From: Pseudomonadota bacterium
Lineage (GTDB): Bacteria > Pseudomonadota > Gammaproteobacteria > Ga0077536
Assembly: GCA_031417495.1 (NCBI GenBank)
Contig: JANOVQ010000620.1
Coordinates: 1 to 48,077, forward strand
Length of the DNA stretch: 48,077 nucleotides
Reading direction: 5' to 3'
Below the pieces are notes generated by a model. The model was not told the DNA's origin. It saw only the letters and a program-made list of their open reading frames with translations, and did no database searches. A program made the translations under genes and the position numbers. Of the stretch, positions 19,874-29,212 are shown piece by piece. Every line of letters begins with the position of its first letter. Position 1 is the stretch's first letter.

Positions 19874-20272
19874 TCAGACCGCCTGCGCGAGCGCGGGCGC
19901 GAACCGGCCGCGTTCCAGCACGTGGGTGACCACGGTCTCTGGCGCGAAGTATTTGCGACAGACCTGCGCTGCGAGGTCGTTGTCGAAACGCTTGCAGGAG
20001 AAAATGTCGATGTAAACCTGCCCCAGGTTCTCAGCGAAATGGGCGCAGATATTGGAAGTTTCGATGAGCTGCAGCAGGGTATAACCTGCGGCGTCGAAGG
20101 AGTGCGTGGCGAAATGTTCGAGCTGCGGTTCGCCGTAGGCTTTCATCTTGATGGCAGCGATCAGGTCTCTGACCCATGCGCGCAGATGGTCGGCGTTGAC
20201 TAAGCGGTCGCGAGGGCAACCAGCGAGATCGAGGACCAGGTGTTGACCCCAAATCGGTGCGTCTTGATTCAT
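19874..20272 (-). CDS. AdoMetDC-family (SpeD-like) protein with divergent active-site motif
   Basis: 132 aa. LLQLIETSNICAHFAEN aligns with LAESHITIHTWPE of the downstream SpeD, and YIDIFSCKRF aligns with AIDVFMCGE. The Ser is retained but its surroundings have changed. Confidence 0.7.
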   Translation of the reverse strand: MNQDAPIWGQHLVLDLAGCPRDRLVNADHLRAWVRDLIAAIKMKAYGEPQLEHFATHSFDAAGYTLLQLIETSNICAHFAENLGQVYIDIFSCKRFDNDLAAQVCRKYFAPETVVTHVLERGRFAPALAQAV

Positions 20273-20474
20273 GTACAGAAACCCTCGTAGTTAAAAGTTG
20301 AGCATGACCCCACCACGAGTACAGCGCCGCTGCCAGCGCAGTTAGTTTCTTAACTTAGCCGCTGACTATGTGAGGAGCCTCCTCGCGTTCGCTTGTTCGA
20401 TTACTGGAACAACTCACAAAGCCTCCGACCTATTGCAGAGCGCGCAATCTACACTTTTTGTTCTTGATTGCAAG

Positions 20475-20505
20475 AAAAAAAACGGCGCATGGGGCGGCCG
20501 TTTTT
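20475..20505 (-). terminator. candidate intrinsic terminator after the alpha/beta hydrolase gene
   Basis: Read on the minus strand: AAAAACGGCC-GCCCCATGC-GCCGTTTTTTTT. That is a GC stem followed by a T-run, 17 nt downstream of the stop at 20522. Confidence 0.55.
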
Positions 20506-20521
20506 CAGGCTTGGCGGTGGC

Positions 20522-21181
20522 TCAGTTCTGGCGTTCGTCGCGCGGCAGCCAGGCGAGCAACTCGCGCAGTGCCGGCCGATAGCCAGCGATATTGAAATGA
20601 TCGATATCCGCGAGCACCTTGAATTCCAACGGACAGCCATTGGCGCGCAAGGCCGCTAGACGCGGTTGCAGGTGCGCGCTCGGAAAGAGGCGATCAGCAT
20701 GGGAATGCAGCACATAGGTGGGCGTCGTGAAGGTCGTCAGCGAATCCGGTATTTGGCCAGCGATGGGCACGACTGCGGCAAACACCAGCTCGGCCTGCGC
20801 AAGTAAATGCCAGCAGCCAATCGCGCCCAGGCTATAGCCAACGAGGTAGCGCAGCTGCGCAGCATTCGCATAGTGCGCTTCAACCTGTGTCAAGACGCTG
20901 CGCACAGCACGTGCGTTGACCGGCGTTTGCCAGTCTCCGCCTTGGCTGGTAGGCGCCACCAGGATTGCCTGGAGGGTTTGCCAGGCCGGGACGATCAACT
21001 GTTCGAGCAGACCGCGCCCGTAGTGGCCAACGGGCGTGCCACCGTAATGCAGCACCAAGACGATGGGTGCGCCGCGCAGGATGGCTGGCAGATGCAGGGT
21101 CACGGCGACCGGTGTCCCGTCCACTTCCAACGTGAGTTCGTGATAACCAGGGGTCGCTGGCAATTGGCTGGGGCTTGCCAT
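20522..21181 (-). CDS. alpha/beta hydrolase (esterase/dienelactone-hydrolase-like)
   Basis: GYSLGAIG nucleophile elbow and a late H (DIDHF). Start taken at ATG 21181 (MASPSQL). Confidence 0.7.
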   Translation of the reverse strand: MASPSQLPATPGYHELTLEVDGTPVAVTLHLPAILRGAPIVLVLHYGGTPVGHYGRGLLEQLIVPAWQTLQAILVAPTSQGGDWQTPVNARAVRSVLTQVEAHYANAAQLRYLVGYSLGAIGCWHLLAQAELVFAAVVPIAGQIPDSLTTFTTPTYVLHSHADRLFPSAHLQPRLAALRANGCPLEFKVLADIDHFNIAGYRPALRELLAWLPRDERQN

Positions 21182-21264
21182 GCTAGCGCGCGCGCCGTCT
21201 TGCGCTTGCCGGCGTGACGCGCGAATGCGCAGCCAGCCAGTCAAGAAAATACCTTAAGCGCATC

Positions 21265-22227
21265 TCAGGCGGCCTTCCATAGCGACTGAAGCGAGCACGG
21301 TAGCGGTTGGCGGCGCAGCACTTCGGCAATGCCAAATGCCGCGCGCTCCGCGGTATCGCGACATACCGGGTGCGCATACACACTGCCTTGCGGAGACTTA
21401 AAACAACTGACCAGCGGTTGGCTCGCGCGTTGCCTGCCACGCTGGAGGACGACGCCGATCTCGCCATTGTCCAGGCGGACAAAAATTCCAGGTGGAAAGA
21501 CCCCGAGTTCGTTGATGAAATCCGCGGCCAGGGACGCATCAATCTGCGCGCCACGTTGTAGAAAGATCTCGCGCAAAGCCTGCTGCGCGTGAATTCCATC
21601 GCGATAGTGACGCGGCAATACCATCGCTGCATACACATCGGCGAGCGCGACCAACCGGGCGGGGCGACACAGAGCCTGGCCGCGTAGTCCGTGCGGATAG
21701 CCGGTGCCATCGGGCCGCTCGTGATGTTGCGTGACGATGGTTAACCACAGCGCATCGGTGACCCCTGCGGCTTCCAATAAGGCGGCGCTTTTGAGTGGAT
21801 GTTCGTGGGCAATGGACAGTTGCGCAGGGGACAGTGCGCCAGCCTGGTTCGCGGCAGTCTCGTGCAGCGCAAGCATGCCGAGATTGCAGGTCAACGCGGC
21901 CGCGACGGTGGTCAGGCGGGTCGCTTCGTCGAAACCGCAGCGCTCGCCCAGTAGCGCACAGATTGCCCCCACCATGACCGGATGTACCTGCGCATAGGAC
22001 ACCGTCTCATCGAGGAGCAGGCTGTACAGCACGGCATCCGGCGTGCGTTGCAGGAGTTCCCCAAACTCCCGAGTAAAGTCGCGAATCTGGGCTGGCAGTG
22101 TGCTCGCAGGGTGCGTGAAATCCTGCGTGAGAAGCTGCCAAATCCGGGTACGCAGTACGGCCAATGTCTCCAACGCGCTGCCGTCGGCGCGCCGGTGGGC
22201 GTTGGTCTCAGTTTTCTCACCCTGCAT
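21265..22227 (-). CDS. HD-GYP-domain protein (HD replaced by HE)
   Basis: TQHHERPDGTGYPHGL is the HHExxDGxGYP signature. The upstream LHDIGK position reads LALHETAAN. Confidence 0.75.
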   Translation of the reverse strand: MQGEKTETNAHRRADGSALETLAVLRTRIWQLLTQDFTHPASTLPAQIRDFTREFGELLQRTPDAVLYSLLLDETVSYAQVHPVMVGAICALLGERCGFDEATRLTTVAAALTCNLGMLALHETAANQAGALSPAQLSIAHEHPLKSAALLEAAGVTDALWLTIVTQHHERPDGTGYPHGLRGQALCRPARLVALADVYAAMVLPRHYRDGIHAQQALREIFLQRGAQIDASLAADFINELGVFPPGIFVRLDNGEIGVVLQRGRQRASQPLVSCFKSPQGSVYAHPVCRDTAERAAFGIAEVLRRQPLPCSLQSLWKAA

Positions 22228-22252
22228 GCTGGGGATGCGCGCGCAGAAGTTT

Positions 22253-22720
22253 CTAGCCTGCAGTCAGGGCCGCCAGCACCGCGGCCGGATGGGTTTCGGC
22301 CTTCGGCACTTTCCGCCAGTGCTTACGGATCTTGCCATCGGCCCCGATCCAAACCGTCGAGCGAATCACCCCGACAGTTTTTTTGCCGTACAGCATCTTC
22401 TCGCCATAGGCCGCATATTTCACCATGACCTCGCGCTCGGGATCGGAGAGCAGAATGAAGGGCAGGCCGTACTTCAACGCGAAGGCTGCGTGAGATTCAC
22501 TGCTATCAGCCGACACCCCCAGCACCACCACGCCACGCTTCTTCAGCGCCGCCCAATGATCGCGAAAGCCGCAGGCTTCCTTGGTGCAGCCGGGCGTATC
22601 GTCCTTGGGATAGAAATAGAGGACGACGTCATGGCCTTTAAATTCAGTCAAGGTGCGCGCAGTGCCGGTGTGATCTTTGAGCGTGAAAGTTGGCGCGGCC
22701 TTGCCTTCTTCAATTGTCAT
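22253..22720 (-). CDS. bcp: thioredoxin-dependent peroxiredoxin Bcp
   Basis: FYPKDDTPGCTKEAC peroxidatic-Cys motif; 155 aa. Confidence 0.9.
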   Translation of the reverse strand: MTIEEGKAAPTFTLKDHTGTARTLTEFKGHDVVLYFYPKDDTPGCTKEACGFRDHWAALKKRGVVVLGVSADSSESHAAFALKYGLPFILLSDPEREVMVKYAAYGEKMLYGKKTVGVIRSTVWIGADGKIRKHWRKVPKAETHPAAVLAALTAG

Positions 22721-23249
22721 CGGGGCCTCCTTTTTTTATCGAGCGGCGATAACTCTGGGTCATGTACTCGTCAAAATCGGCAGGCGCGATCTCTTCTGCA
22801 TCGGCGGTATCGTAGACTTCCATGTGCTCGCCGCGGCGAAACATGCGTTTGCCGAGGCGTGGAAAGTCCGCGATATCGATCTCGCTGCGTTCGCCACCAA
22901 TTAAGCACACCAAGCTTCTGGTGAACGGATTGCGCAATTGATGGGGCAGCGATGGCGCCGAGAAGCCGACGAAATCGCCGACCCCCAGCAAGTGTTCGGC
23001 ACCGTCGATTTCGATCACCCCTTGGCCCTGCAACACGTAAATCCATTCTTCTTCGCAATGCCGGGTGTGATAGGGGGAGGCTTCGGTGCCGGGCGTCAGT
23101 CGGATCAAACTCACGCGCGAGCGCGTCAGACCGACCAGCCGATCAAGTTGGGTGCCGGGCACGATTGAACCCGGGTTCCACACCTGCGAGATAGTCTGGC
23201 GGAACTCGAAAGCCTTTTCGGCGCGGATGATGGGTTCTTTTTCTTCCAT
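22710..23249 (-). CDS. cupin domain protein
   Basis: YHTRHCEEEWIYVLQGQG...GDFVGF...PHQLRN has the two-motif cupin pattern. ATG 23249 (MEEKEP) is preferred over 23300. Confidence 0.7.
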   Translation of the reverse strand: MEEKEPIIRAEKAFEFRQTISQVWNPGSIVPGTQLDRLVGLTRSRVSLIRLTPGTEASPYHTRHCEEEWIYVLQGQGVIEIDGAEHLLGVGDFVGFSAPSLPHQLRNPFTRSLVCLIGGERSEIDIADFPRLGKRMFRRGEHMEVYDTADAEEIAPADFDEYMTQSYRRSIKKGGPDDN

Positions 23250-23412
23250 TAGGCTTGATGTCTGGTTAGCGAAATTAGGTGCACGCACGAGGTCAAGCAC
23301 AGGCCGACACGGATATCGACTCCGCGCCGTCGTTGCGAAGAGCGGAGCTTTGTCGCAATCCGGAGGAGCATAGCACTGTCGTGCAGCCCGTACAGCGGTC
23401 TCCGCGTTGTCC

Positions 23413-26400
23413 TCAGGCGGTCACCACCAACAGATCTTTGGCATCGACCTGTTGACCAATCGTCACCGCAATTTGCTCAATTTTCCCTGCCTGTTCGGCG
23501 CGTATCGACGTCTGCATTTTCATGGCTTCGAGCGTCATCAAAATTTCGCCGCGCGCCACCGTATCTCCCACCTTGACTGCAATCTGGGTAATCACGCCGG
23601 GCATGGGGGCGCCTAATTGCAGCGGATTGTCGCGCTCGGCCTTGGGCTGCGGCGCGCGTGGCTTGACCCGACTCAGATCGGCGACTTTGATCGGACGCGG
23701 CTGGCCATTGAGTTCGAAAAATACCGAGCGATGGTGATCGTCGTGCGGATCGCTGCTGCCCATATACCGAATGATGAGTGCTTTGCCGCGCCCCATCACT
23801 ACATTGATTTCCTGGCCGGCCTCCATCCCGTAAAAAAATACCGAGGTGGGCAGCGGCGTGAGATCGCCGAATTCGCGTTGGGTCGCGGCATAGTCGATGA
23901 AGACTTTGGGGTACATCAAATAGGACGCCAGCTCCGCTTCTGAAATGGCGCGCTGAACACTGCGTTCGGCTTCTTTGCGCGCGGCCTCCAGGTCAACGCC
24001 CGGCAGGTTCGCGCCCGGACGCGTAGTGAGCGCTACTTCGTCTTTAAGGATTTTGCGTTGCAGCGGCGCCGGAAAGCCCTGGTATGGCTGACCCAGGTCG
24101 CCGCGAAAGAAGGACACGACCGATTCGGGGAAAGTGATTTCGGTGTCTGCCGACTGGACATCCGCTGGCGTGAGTCCGCTGGTGACCATCATCAGTGCCA
24201 TGTCGCCAACGACCTTCGAGCTGGGTGTGACTTTGATGATGTCGCCAAACATCTCGTTGACCTGCGCATACGTCTTGGCGACTTCGGGCCAGCGCGCGGC
24301 GGCGATGCCGAGTGCGAGCGCCTGTTCACGCAGATTGGTGTATTGCCCGCCCGGCATGCCGTGCACATAGACCTCCGAGGCACCAGCACGGATTTCGCTC
24401 TCGAAGGCCGTATAGCAACCGCGCACCTGTTCCCAATAACTGGATAAGGTGCGGATGCGATCAGGATTGAGTCCGCTGGCGCGCGGACCGTGGCGCAGGG
24501 CTTCCACCAGCGAACCGAGATTGGGTTGTGAGGTCAGCCCACTGAAAGCGTCCATCGCCGCATCGACCGCATCCGCACCGGCCTCCACTGCGGCCAATAC
24601 GCTGGCAGCAGAAATGCCGCTGGTATCGTGGGTGTGAAAATGGACCGGCAATCCCACTTCGTCTTTCAGGGCTTTGACCAAAGTGTAGGCCGCCGCTGGT
24701 CGGCACAGGCCCGCCATGTCCTTGATCCCGATGACATGCGCGCCAGCCTGCGCGAGTTCTTTGGCGAGTCCCACGTAATATTTCAAATCATATTTAGTGC
24801 AGGTGGGATCGCTCAGGTTGCCGGTATAGCAAATCGCCCCTTCGGCCAGTTTGCCGCTGGCGACGACGGCGTCGATCGCTACCCGCATGTTTTCCACCCA
24901 ATTGAGGGAATCGAAGATTCGGAAGACGTCAATCCCCTCGTGCGCTGCCTGTTGCACGAAATGCTCTACGACGTTGTCGGGATAATTGGTATAGCCCACC
25001 GCATTGGAGGCGCGCAGCAACATCTGCAAAAGCACATTGGGCATCCGCTCGCGTAAGCCGCGCAGACGCTGCCACGGGCATTCATGCAGGAAGCGCATGG
25101 CGACATCGAAGGTCGCACCGCCCCAGCATTCGATGGAGAACAAGTCGGGCAGCAGCTCTGCATAGGCGCTTGCCACTTGCAGCATGTCGTAACTGCGCAT
25201 GCGGGTCGCGAGCAGCGATTGATGAGCATCCCGAAAGGTGGTGTCGGTGAATAGAACCCGTGGTTGGGCGAGCATCCAGTCAGCGAATTTTTGAGGCCCC
25301 AATTGCTGCAACAGCTGGCGGGTGCCGGGGGGAGTCGGCTCGCGCAAGAGCGCCGGGGCTTCAGGAATGAGCAAGGTCGTCGGCCGCGGCCGCCCTTTGA
25401 CGGCAGCGTTGCCGTTCACGATCACCTCACCGATAAAGCGCAGCAAGGGTGTCGCGAAATCCTGCCGATGTTCGAAATCGAAGAGCTCGGGGGTGGTATC
25501 GATAAAAGTGGTGCAATAGCGTGCGGCCGCGAAATCGGGGTGCCTTAGCAGTTGTTCCAGGAAGCGTAGGTTAGTGACCACGCCGCGCACTCTAAATTCG
25601 CGCAGCGCGCGTAGCATACGCGCGGTGGTTTCATCAGGCGTGGTGCCCCAGGCAGTCACCTTCACCAGCAGTGAATCGTAGAAGCGGGTGATTTGAGCGC
25701 CCGCGTACGCGGTGCCGGCATCTAAGCGGATGCCGAACCCGGCGGGACTGCGATAAGCGGTAATCGTGCCGTAATCGGGAATGAAATTGTTTTCGGGATC
25801 CTCAGTGGTGATCCGGCATTGCATGGCGAAACCATTGCAGCGGATATCCGCCTGTTGTGGCACGCCGCTGTCGATCTCCCCGATGGTGGCGCCTTCCGCA
25901 ATCCGGATTTGCGCTTTCACGATATCAACCCCGGTGATTTCCTCGGTGACCGTGTGTTCGACCTGGATCCGCGGATTCACCTCGATGAAATAAACCTCCC
26001 CGCTATCGGCGTTCTGCAGAAACTCCACGGTGCCGGCGTTGGAGTAGCCCGCCGCGCGACACAGTTTGAGCGCGGAGGCACACACCGCCGTGCGTTGCGC
26101 CTCGTTCAGAAACATCGATGGCGCGCGCTCGATGACTTTCTGATTGCGCCGTTGCACGGTGCAATCACGATCAAACAAATGGACCATGTTGCCATGGGTG
26201 TCGCCGATCACCTGCACTTCGACATGCCGCGCGCGACGGATCAATTTTTCGAGATAAACCTCGCCATTGCCGAAAGCCTGTGCGGCTTCGCGCCGCCCGA
26301 CGGCTACCAGTTCGAGCAAGGTGGTTTCGTCTTCGATCACCCGCATGCCGCGTCCGCCGCCGCCCCACGAGGCCTTGAGCATCAGCGGATAGCCGATGGA

Positions 26401-26856
26401 CGCTGCGAGCGCGCGGATCGCGCCGGGATCTTCCGGCAGCGGTCCGGTGGCTGGCATCACTGGCACGCCCGAGGCTTCCGCCAACCCCCTGGCCGCGACC
26501 TTATTGCCCAGGGTGCGCATGACGGCCGGCGAAGGACCGATGAAGATCAATCCTGCCGCGGCGCAGGCCTCCGCAAATTCGGGCCGCTCCGAGAGGAAGC
26601 CATAGCCTGGGTGGATGGCATCTGCGCCCGCTTCCAAGGCAATGCGAATGATATCTTCGCCATCCAGATAAGCTTGCACGGGGGCTTTGCCCTTGCCGAC
26701 CAGAAACGCTTCATCCACTTTGAAGCGATGCAAGGCAAAGCGATCCTCCTGCGAATAGATCGCAATGCTTTCAATTTCGAGTTCAGCGGCGGCACGCATG
26801 ACTCGGATCGCGATTTCGCCACGATTGGCCACCAACAGACGTTTTATTTTGCGCAT
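23413..26856 (-). CDS. pyc: pyruvate carboxylase (single-chain)
   Basis: The domain order is biotin carboxylase (KRLLVANRGEIAIR), a carboxyltransferase TIM barrel (FHTHDTSG), then a biotinyl domain (LEAMKMQT). ATG 26856 is preferred; GTG 26871 is the alternative. Confidence 0.93.
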   Translation of the reverse strand: MRKIKRLLVANRGEIAIRVMRAAAELEIESIAIYSQEDRFALHRFKVDEAFLVGKGKAPVQAYLDGEDIIRIALEAGADAIHPGYGFLSERPEFAEACAAAGLIFIGPSPAVMRTLGNKVAARGLAEASGVPVMPATGPLPEDPGAIRALAASIGYPLMLKASWGGGGRGMRVIEDETTLLELVAVGRREAAQAFGNGEVYLEKLIRRARHVEVQVIGDTHGNMVHLFDRDCTVQRRNQKVIERAPSMFLNEAQRTAVCASALKLCRAAGYSNAGTVEFLQNADSGEVYFIEVNPRIQVEHTVTEEITGVDIVKAQIRIAEGATIGEIDSGVPQQADIRCNGFAMQCRITTEDPENNFIPDYGTITAYRSPAGFGIRLDAGTAYAGAQITRFYDSLLVKVTAWGTTPDETTARMLRALREFRVRGVVTNLRFLEQLLRHPDFAAARYCTTFIDTTPELFDFEHRQDFATPLLRFIGEVIVNGNAAVKGRPRPTTLLIPEAPALLREPTPPGTRQLLQQLGPQKFADWMLAQPRVLFTDTTFRDAHQSLLATRMRSYDMLQVASAYAELLPDLFSIECWGGATFDVAMRFLHECPWQRLRGLRERMPNVLLQMLLRASNAVGYTNYPDNVVEHFVQQAAHEGIDVFRIFDSLNWVENMRVAIDAVVASGKLAEGAICYTGNLSDPTCTKYDLKYYVGLAKELAQAGAHVIGIKDMAGLCRPAAAYTLVKALKDEVGLPVHFHTHDTSGISAASVLAAVEAGADAVDAAMDAFSGLTSQPNLGSLVEALRHGPRASGLNPDRIRTLSSYWEQVRGCYTAFESEIRAGASEVYVHGMPGGQYTNLREQALALGIAAARWPEVAKTYAQVNEMFGDIIKVTPSSKVVGDMALMMVTSGLTPADVQSADTEITFPESVVSFFRGDLGQPYQGFPAPLQRKILKDEVALTTRPGANLPGVDLEAARKEAERSVQRAISEAELASYLMYPKVFIDYAATQREFGDLTPLPTSVFFYGMEAGQEINVVMGRGKALIIRYMGSSDPHDDHHRSVFFELNGQPRPIKVADLSRVKPRAPQPKAERDNPLQLGAPMPGVITQIAVKVGDTVARGEILMTLEAMKMQTSIRAEQAGKIEQIAVTIGQQVDAKDLLVVTA

Positions 26857-26878
26857 GGGCTTTGTATACACTCGCTTG

Positions 26879-28375
26879 ATGAGTGTGAAGGAAAGAAGGC
26901 CGCCGAGGCAGCGTGGTTCGCGACCGACTCTACACGAGCACTGGTGGCCAAGAAAGGCGGCGGTGGGGCGTGGCCTGCTGTGCGTGCTCGCCGTCAGCGG
27001 GTGGCTGCTGGTACCGCGCTCTGGCCTGAGCGCCCAGCTTCGCTACACCATTGCCGTTGATCGCGACCTGAAGGCGCTCCTCGTCGATGCCTGCCTCGGC
27101 GACGCGGCCCCTGCCGACCTAACCTTGAGTGCAGAAGTCCCACCGGAAATTCTGAGTGGTCTCGTCTTGGTCCGGCGGGCGCCGCACACTGCGCACTATC
27201 GGGCGACGTCGCTGGCGCACGGCTGCGCGCATTACGCGCTCGATCTTTCGCGTTTGCCGCCGGGCAATTCGCACAGTGCATTTCAGCGCTTCAGGGAGGC
27301 GATTCTGATCGATCCCACGTGGCTGCTCGCAGTGCCGCAGGACACCCAGCCGCGTACCCTGGAGGTGAACTTTCTGTTGCCGGCGAAGTACCGGATCTCG
27401 GCTCCCGCCGATCTCCAGCAAAGCGGCGTTGATCGTTGGCGTTGGCGAGTGCCTACGCGGGCATGGGCACGGGGCGGTCGTCTCGGCATCGGGCGGATGT
27501 TTCAAGCACAGGCGGCGGTCGCTGGCGCCCAGGTGGCGATTAGTCTGCTCGGGACGCCCGCAGCGGTCCGGCGTGAGTCGTATACAGAATGGGTCACGCA
27601 AATCGCGACCGCGATGACAGCGGAATTTGGTCGGTTCCCCGTCCCATCCACCCAGGTGTTAATGGTGGTACAGCCTGCCGCCAGCGAGGTCGTGCCGTGG
27701 GGTGAAGTGGTCCGCGCGGGGGCTGATGGCGTGCTGCTCTATGTTGATCGCAGCCGCACTATCGATCAGGTGGCGCGAGATTGGGTGGCCTTTCATGAGT
27801 TCTCCCATCTGCTGCATCCCTTCATGGCGCGGCAGGACAGCTGGTGGACGGAGGGCCTGGCAACTTATTACCAGAATGTCTTGCGCGTGCGCGCCGGACA
27901 GCTGACGAGCGCTGCTGCCTGGCGCGAACTGCACGCGGGCTTTGCACGGGGGCGGCGTGAGACCGACGGCGTCACAACCTTGGCCATAGCCGCGCGCGAG
28001 ATGATGGTCCGCCGCAAATTTATGCGGGTGTATTGGAGTGGTGCCGCGATCGCGTTGCTGGCGGACGTCGAATTACGCCTGCGAACCCACAATCGACAGT
28101 CGCTGGCGACAGTCCTGGACAAGTTTGCGAGCTGTTGTTTGCCGGCGACGCAGGAGTGGACAGCGCGGAAACTCATGCGCCGCCTCGATGTGATCGCCGG
28201 TGGTGCGGTGTTCGAACCGTTGCTGGAGCGTAATCTCGATTCAGTGGAGTTTCCTGATCTGTCCCCCGCGTATGCAGTGCTTGGCTTGAGCGATCATGCG
28301 AGCGAACTGGCGATCGACAGTGCGCGGGCGGCGCGGCGCCTGCGTGAGGCCGTCATGGGACACGAGGCGCCATGA
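26879..28375 (+). CDS. secreted gluzincin-type metallopeptidase (M1/M61-like)
   Basis: HEFSHLLHPF...WWTEGLATYY (HExxH followed by a downstream Glu). Signal-like LLCVLAVSGWLLVPRSGLSA. The start is uncertain: ATG 26879 is only about 22 bp from the pyc start, and GTG 26963 after AGAAAGG is a plausible alternative. Confidence 0.6.
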   Translation: MSVKERRPPRQRGSRPTLHEHWWPRKAAVGRGLLCVLAVSGWLLVPRSGLSAQLRYTIAVDRDLKALLVDACLGDAAPADLTLSAEVPPEILSGLVLVRRAPHTAHYRATSLAHGCAHYALDLSRLPPGNSHSAFQRFREAILIDPTWLLAVPQDTQPRTLEVNFLLPAKYRISAPADLQQSGVDRWRWRVPTRAWARGGRLGIGRMFQAQAAVAGAQVAISLLGTPAAVRRESYTEWVTQIATAMTAEFGRFPVPSTQVLMVVQPAASEVVPWGEVVRAGADGVLLYVDRSRTIDQVARDWVAFHEFSHLLHPFMARQDSWWTEGLATYYQNVLRVRAGQLTSAAAWRELHAGFARGRRETDGVTTLAIAAREMMVRRKFMRVYWSGAAIALLADVELRLRTHNRQSLATVLDKFASCCLPATQEWTARKLMRRLDVIAGGAVFEPLLERNLDSVEFPDLSPAYAVLGLSDHASELAIDSARAARRLREAVMGHEAP

Positions 28376-28435
28376 CGTTTTTGCAACCTTGGCAACCATG
28401 CATCGGCTTATTCAGGTGGGCACGGGGCTGCGAAT

Positions 28436-29212
28436 TCAAGCGACGACACGCGTCCCGAGCAGCAACTCTCGTTGCCGCATTCGCGTCAGGATCTCCAGGC
28501 CTCCCTCAATGACTGCCGTCGGATCCTCCTGACCAAGGTCGCCAGCGATTTGCGTGAGAATCGCGCGTGCAGTCTTCTCGCCTGAATCACGCACAGCAAC
28601 AAAGAGCTGGCGTGAAATTGCGTTGAGGTCGAGCACCCCATAGTGATGCGCGCGATCCCGGAACGCGACTAGATGGGTTTCTTTCGCCGGCGGCACCGCG
28701 GGTTTGTAGTCGACCGTAATTGCGTGCACTGGAAAGCGATAGGTCTCCAGGGTGTGGATGGGATTGACGACAATCTCTCCGTCCAGCAAAGCACCGAGTG
28801 GATCAATGCCAGCCATGGGCAACAGCCGTTCATCGGTGGCGATCAGGTTCTCCAGCCAATCGAAATGTGCGAGTTCGTAGAGGTAGGGTGGATCGTCAGC
28901 TGGCCGTAACCGGCGGGTGAGATAGGCGAGAAACTCACCCGGCAACCTGGCGAAGACCGGAGTCGTCGCTTGGTGTTTAAGTAAGTAATCCCGGACCAGG
29001 GTGTGCCATTGCGTGGCCGGCAGTACGTCTTTGACCCTCGGAAAGTTATTGGCGAGGAAACCTTCGATGTTGTGGAGCACGGCATGGCGGTAGACCGCGA
29101 CCCCCGCTGCGGGCAAACCTGGTGGGGCCGGAGCATGCTCAGGATCCCGCAGATGCTGCGCAAAAGCGCGTTGCGCGCGGATAAATGCGGGCTCGTTGGC
29201 GGGCGCTTTCAT
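28436..29212 (-). CDS. DUF2063 RiPP maturase partner protein (HvfC/BufC/MbnC-like)
   Basis: The N-terminal FIRAQRAFAQHLRDPE...VYRHAVLHNIEGFLANNFP is the DUF2063 pattern. Has a 4-nt overlap with the DUF692 gene. Confidence 0.8.
   Translation of the reverse strand: MKAPANEPAFIRAQRAFAQHLRDPEHAPAPPGLPAAGVAVYRHAVLHNIEGFLANNFPRVKDVLPATQWHTLVRDYLLKHQATTPVFARLPGEFLAYLTRRLRPADDPPYLYELAHFDWLENLIATDERLLPMAGIDPLGALLDGEIVVNPIHTLETYRFPVHAITVDYKPAVPPAKETHLVAFRDRAHHYGVLDLNAISRQLFVAVRDSGEKTARAILTQIAGDLGQEDPTAVIEGGLEILTRMRQRELLLGTRVVA

Noticed and set aside
20273-20474. Possible riboswitch or RBS-sequestering hairpin in the roughly 200-nt leader of the speD-like/speE/speD operon (CTCGT 20284..20288 pairing with ACGAG 20315..20319), plus the palindrome GAGGAG-C-CTCCTC at 20372..20384.
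   Set aside because: The stem is only 5 bp with a 26-nt loop. I could not recognise any SAM or polyamine riboswitch core, and the 6-bp palindrome is short enough to occur by chance. The leader length is noted, but there is no supportable structure.
26857-26878. The very short divergent spacer between pyc and the metallopeptidase, containing the perfect palindrome TGTATACA (26864..26871), considered as a shared operator.
   Set aside because: The spacer length depends on uncertain start-codon choices; the peptidase may start at GTG 26963. An 8-bp palindrome alone is weak evidence for an operator.
25819-27060. Long antisense or shadow ORFs. Examples are 413 aa at 25819..27060 opposite pyc, 328 aa at 13786..14772 opposite the CHASE2-PP2C gene, 316 aa at 5351..6301 opposite valS/holC/pepA, and 252 aa at 4042..4800 opposite valS.
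   Set aside because: They lie entirely opposite genes with unambiguous family motifs. Their translations are Arg/Ala/Gly/Pro-rich and low in complexity, as expected for stop-poor alternative frames in roughly 60% GC DNA, and they have no recognisable motifs or RBS.
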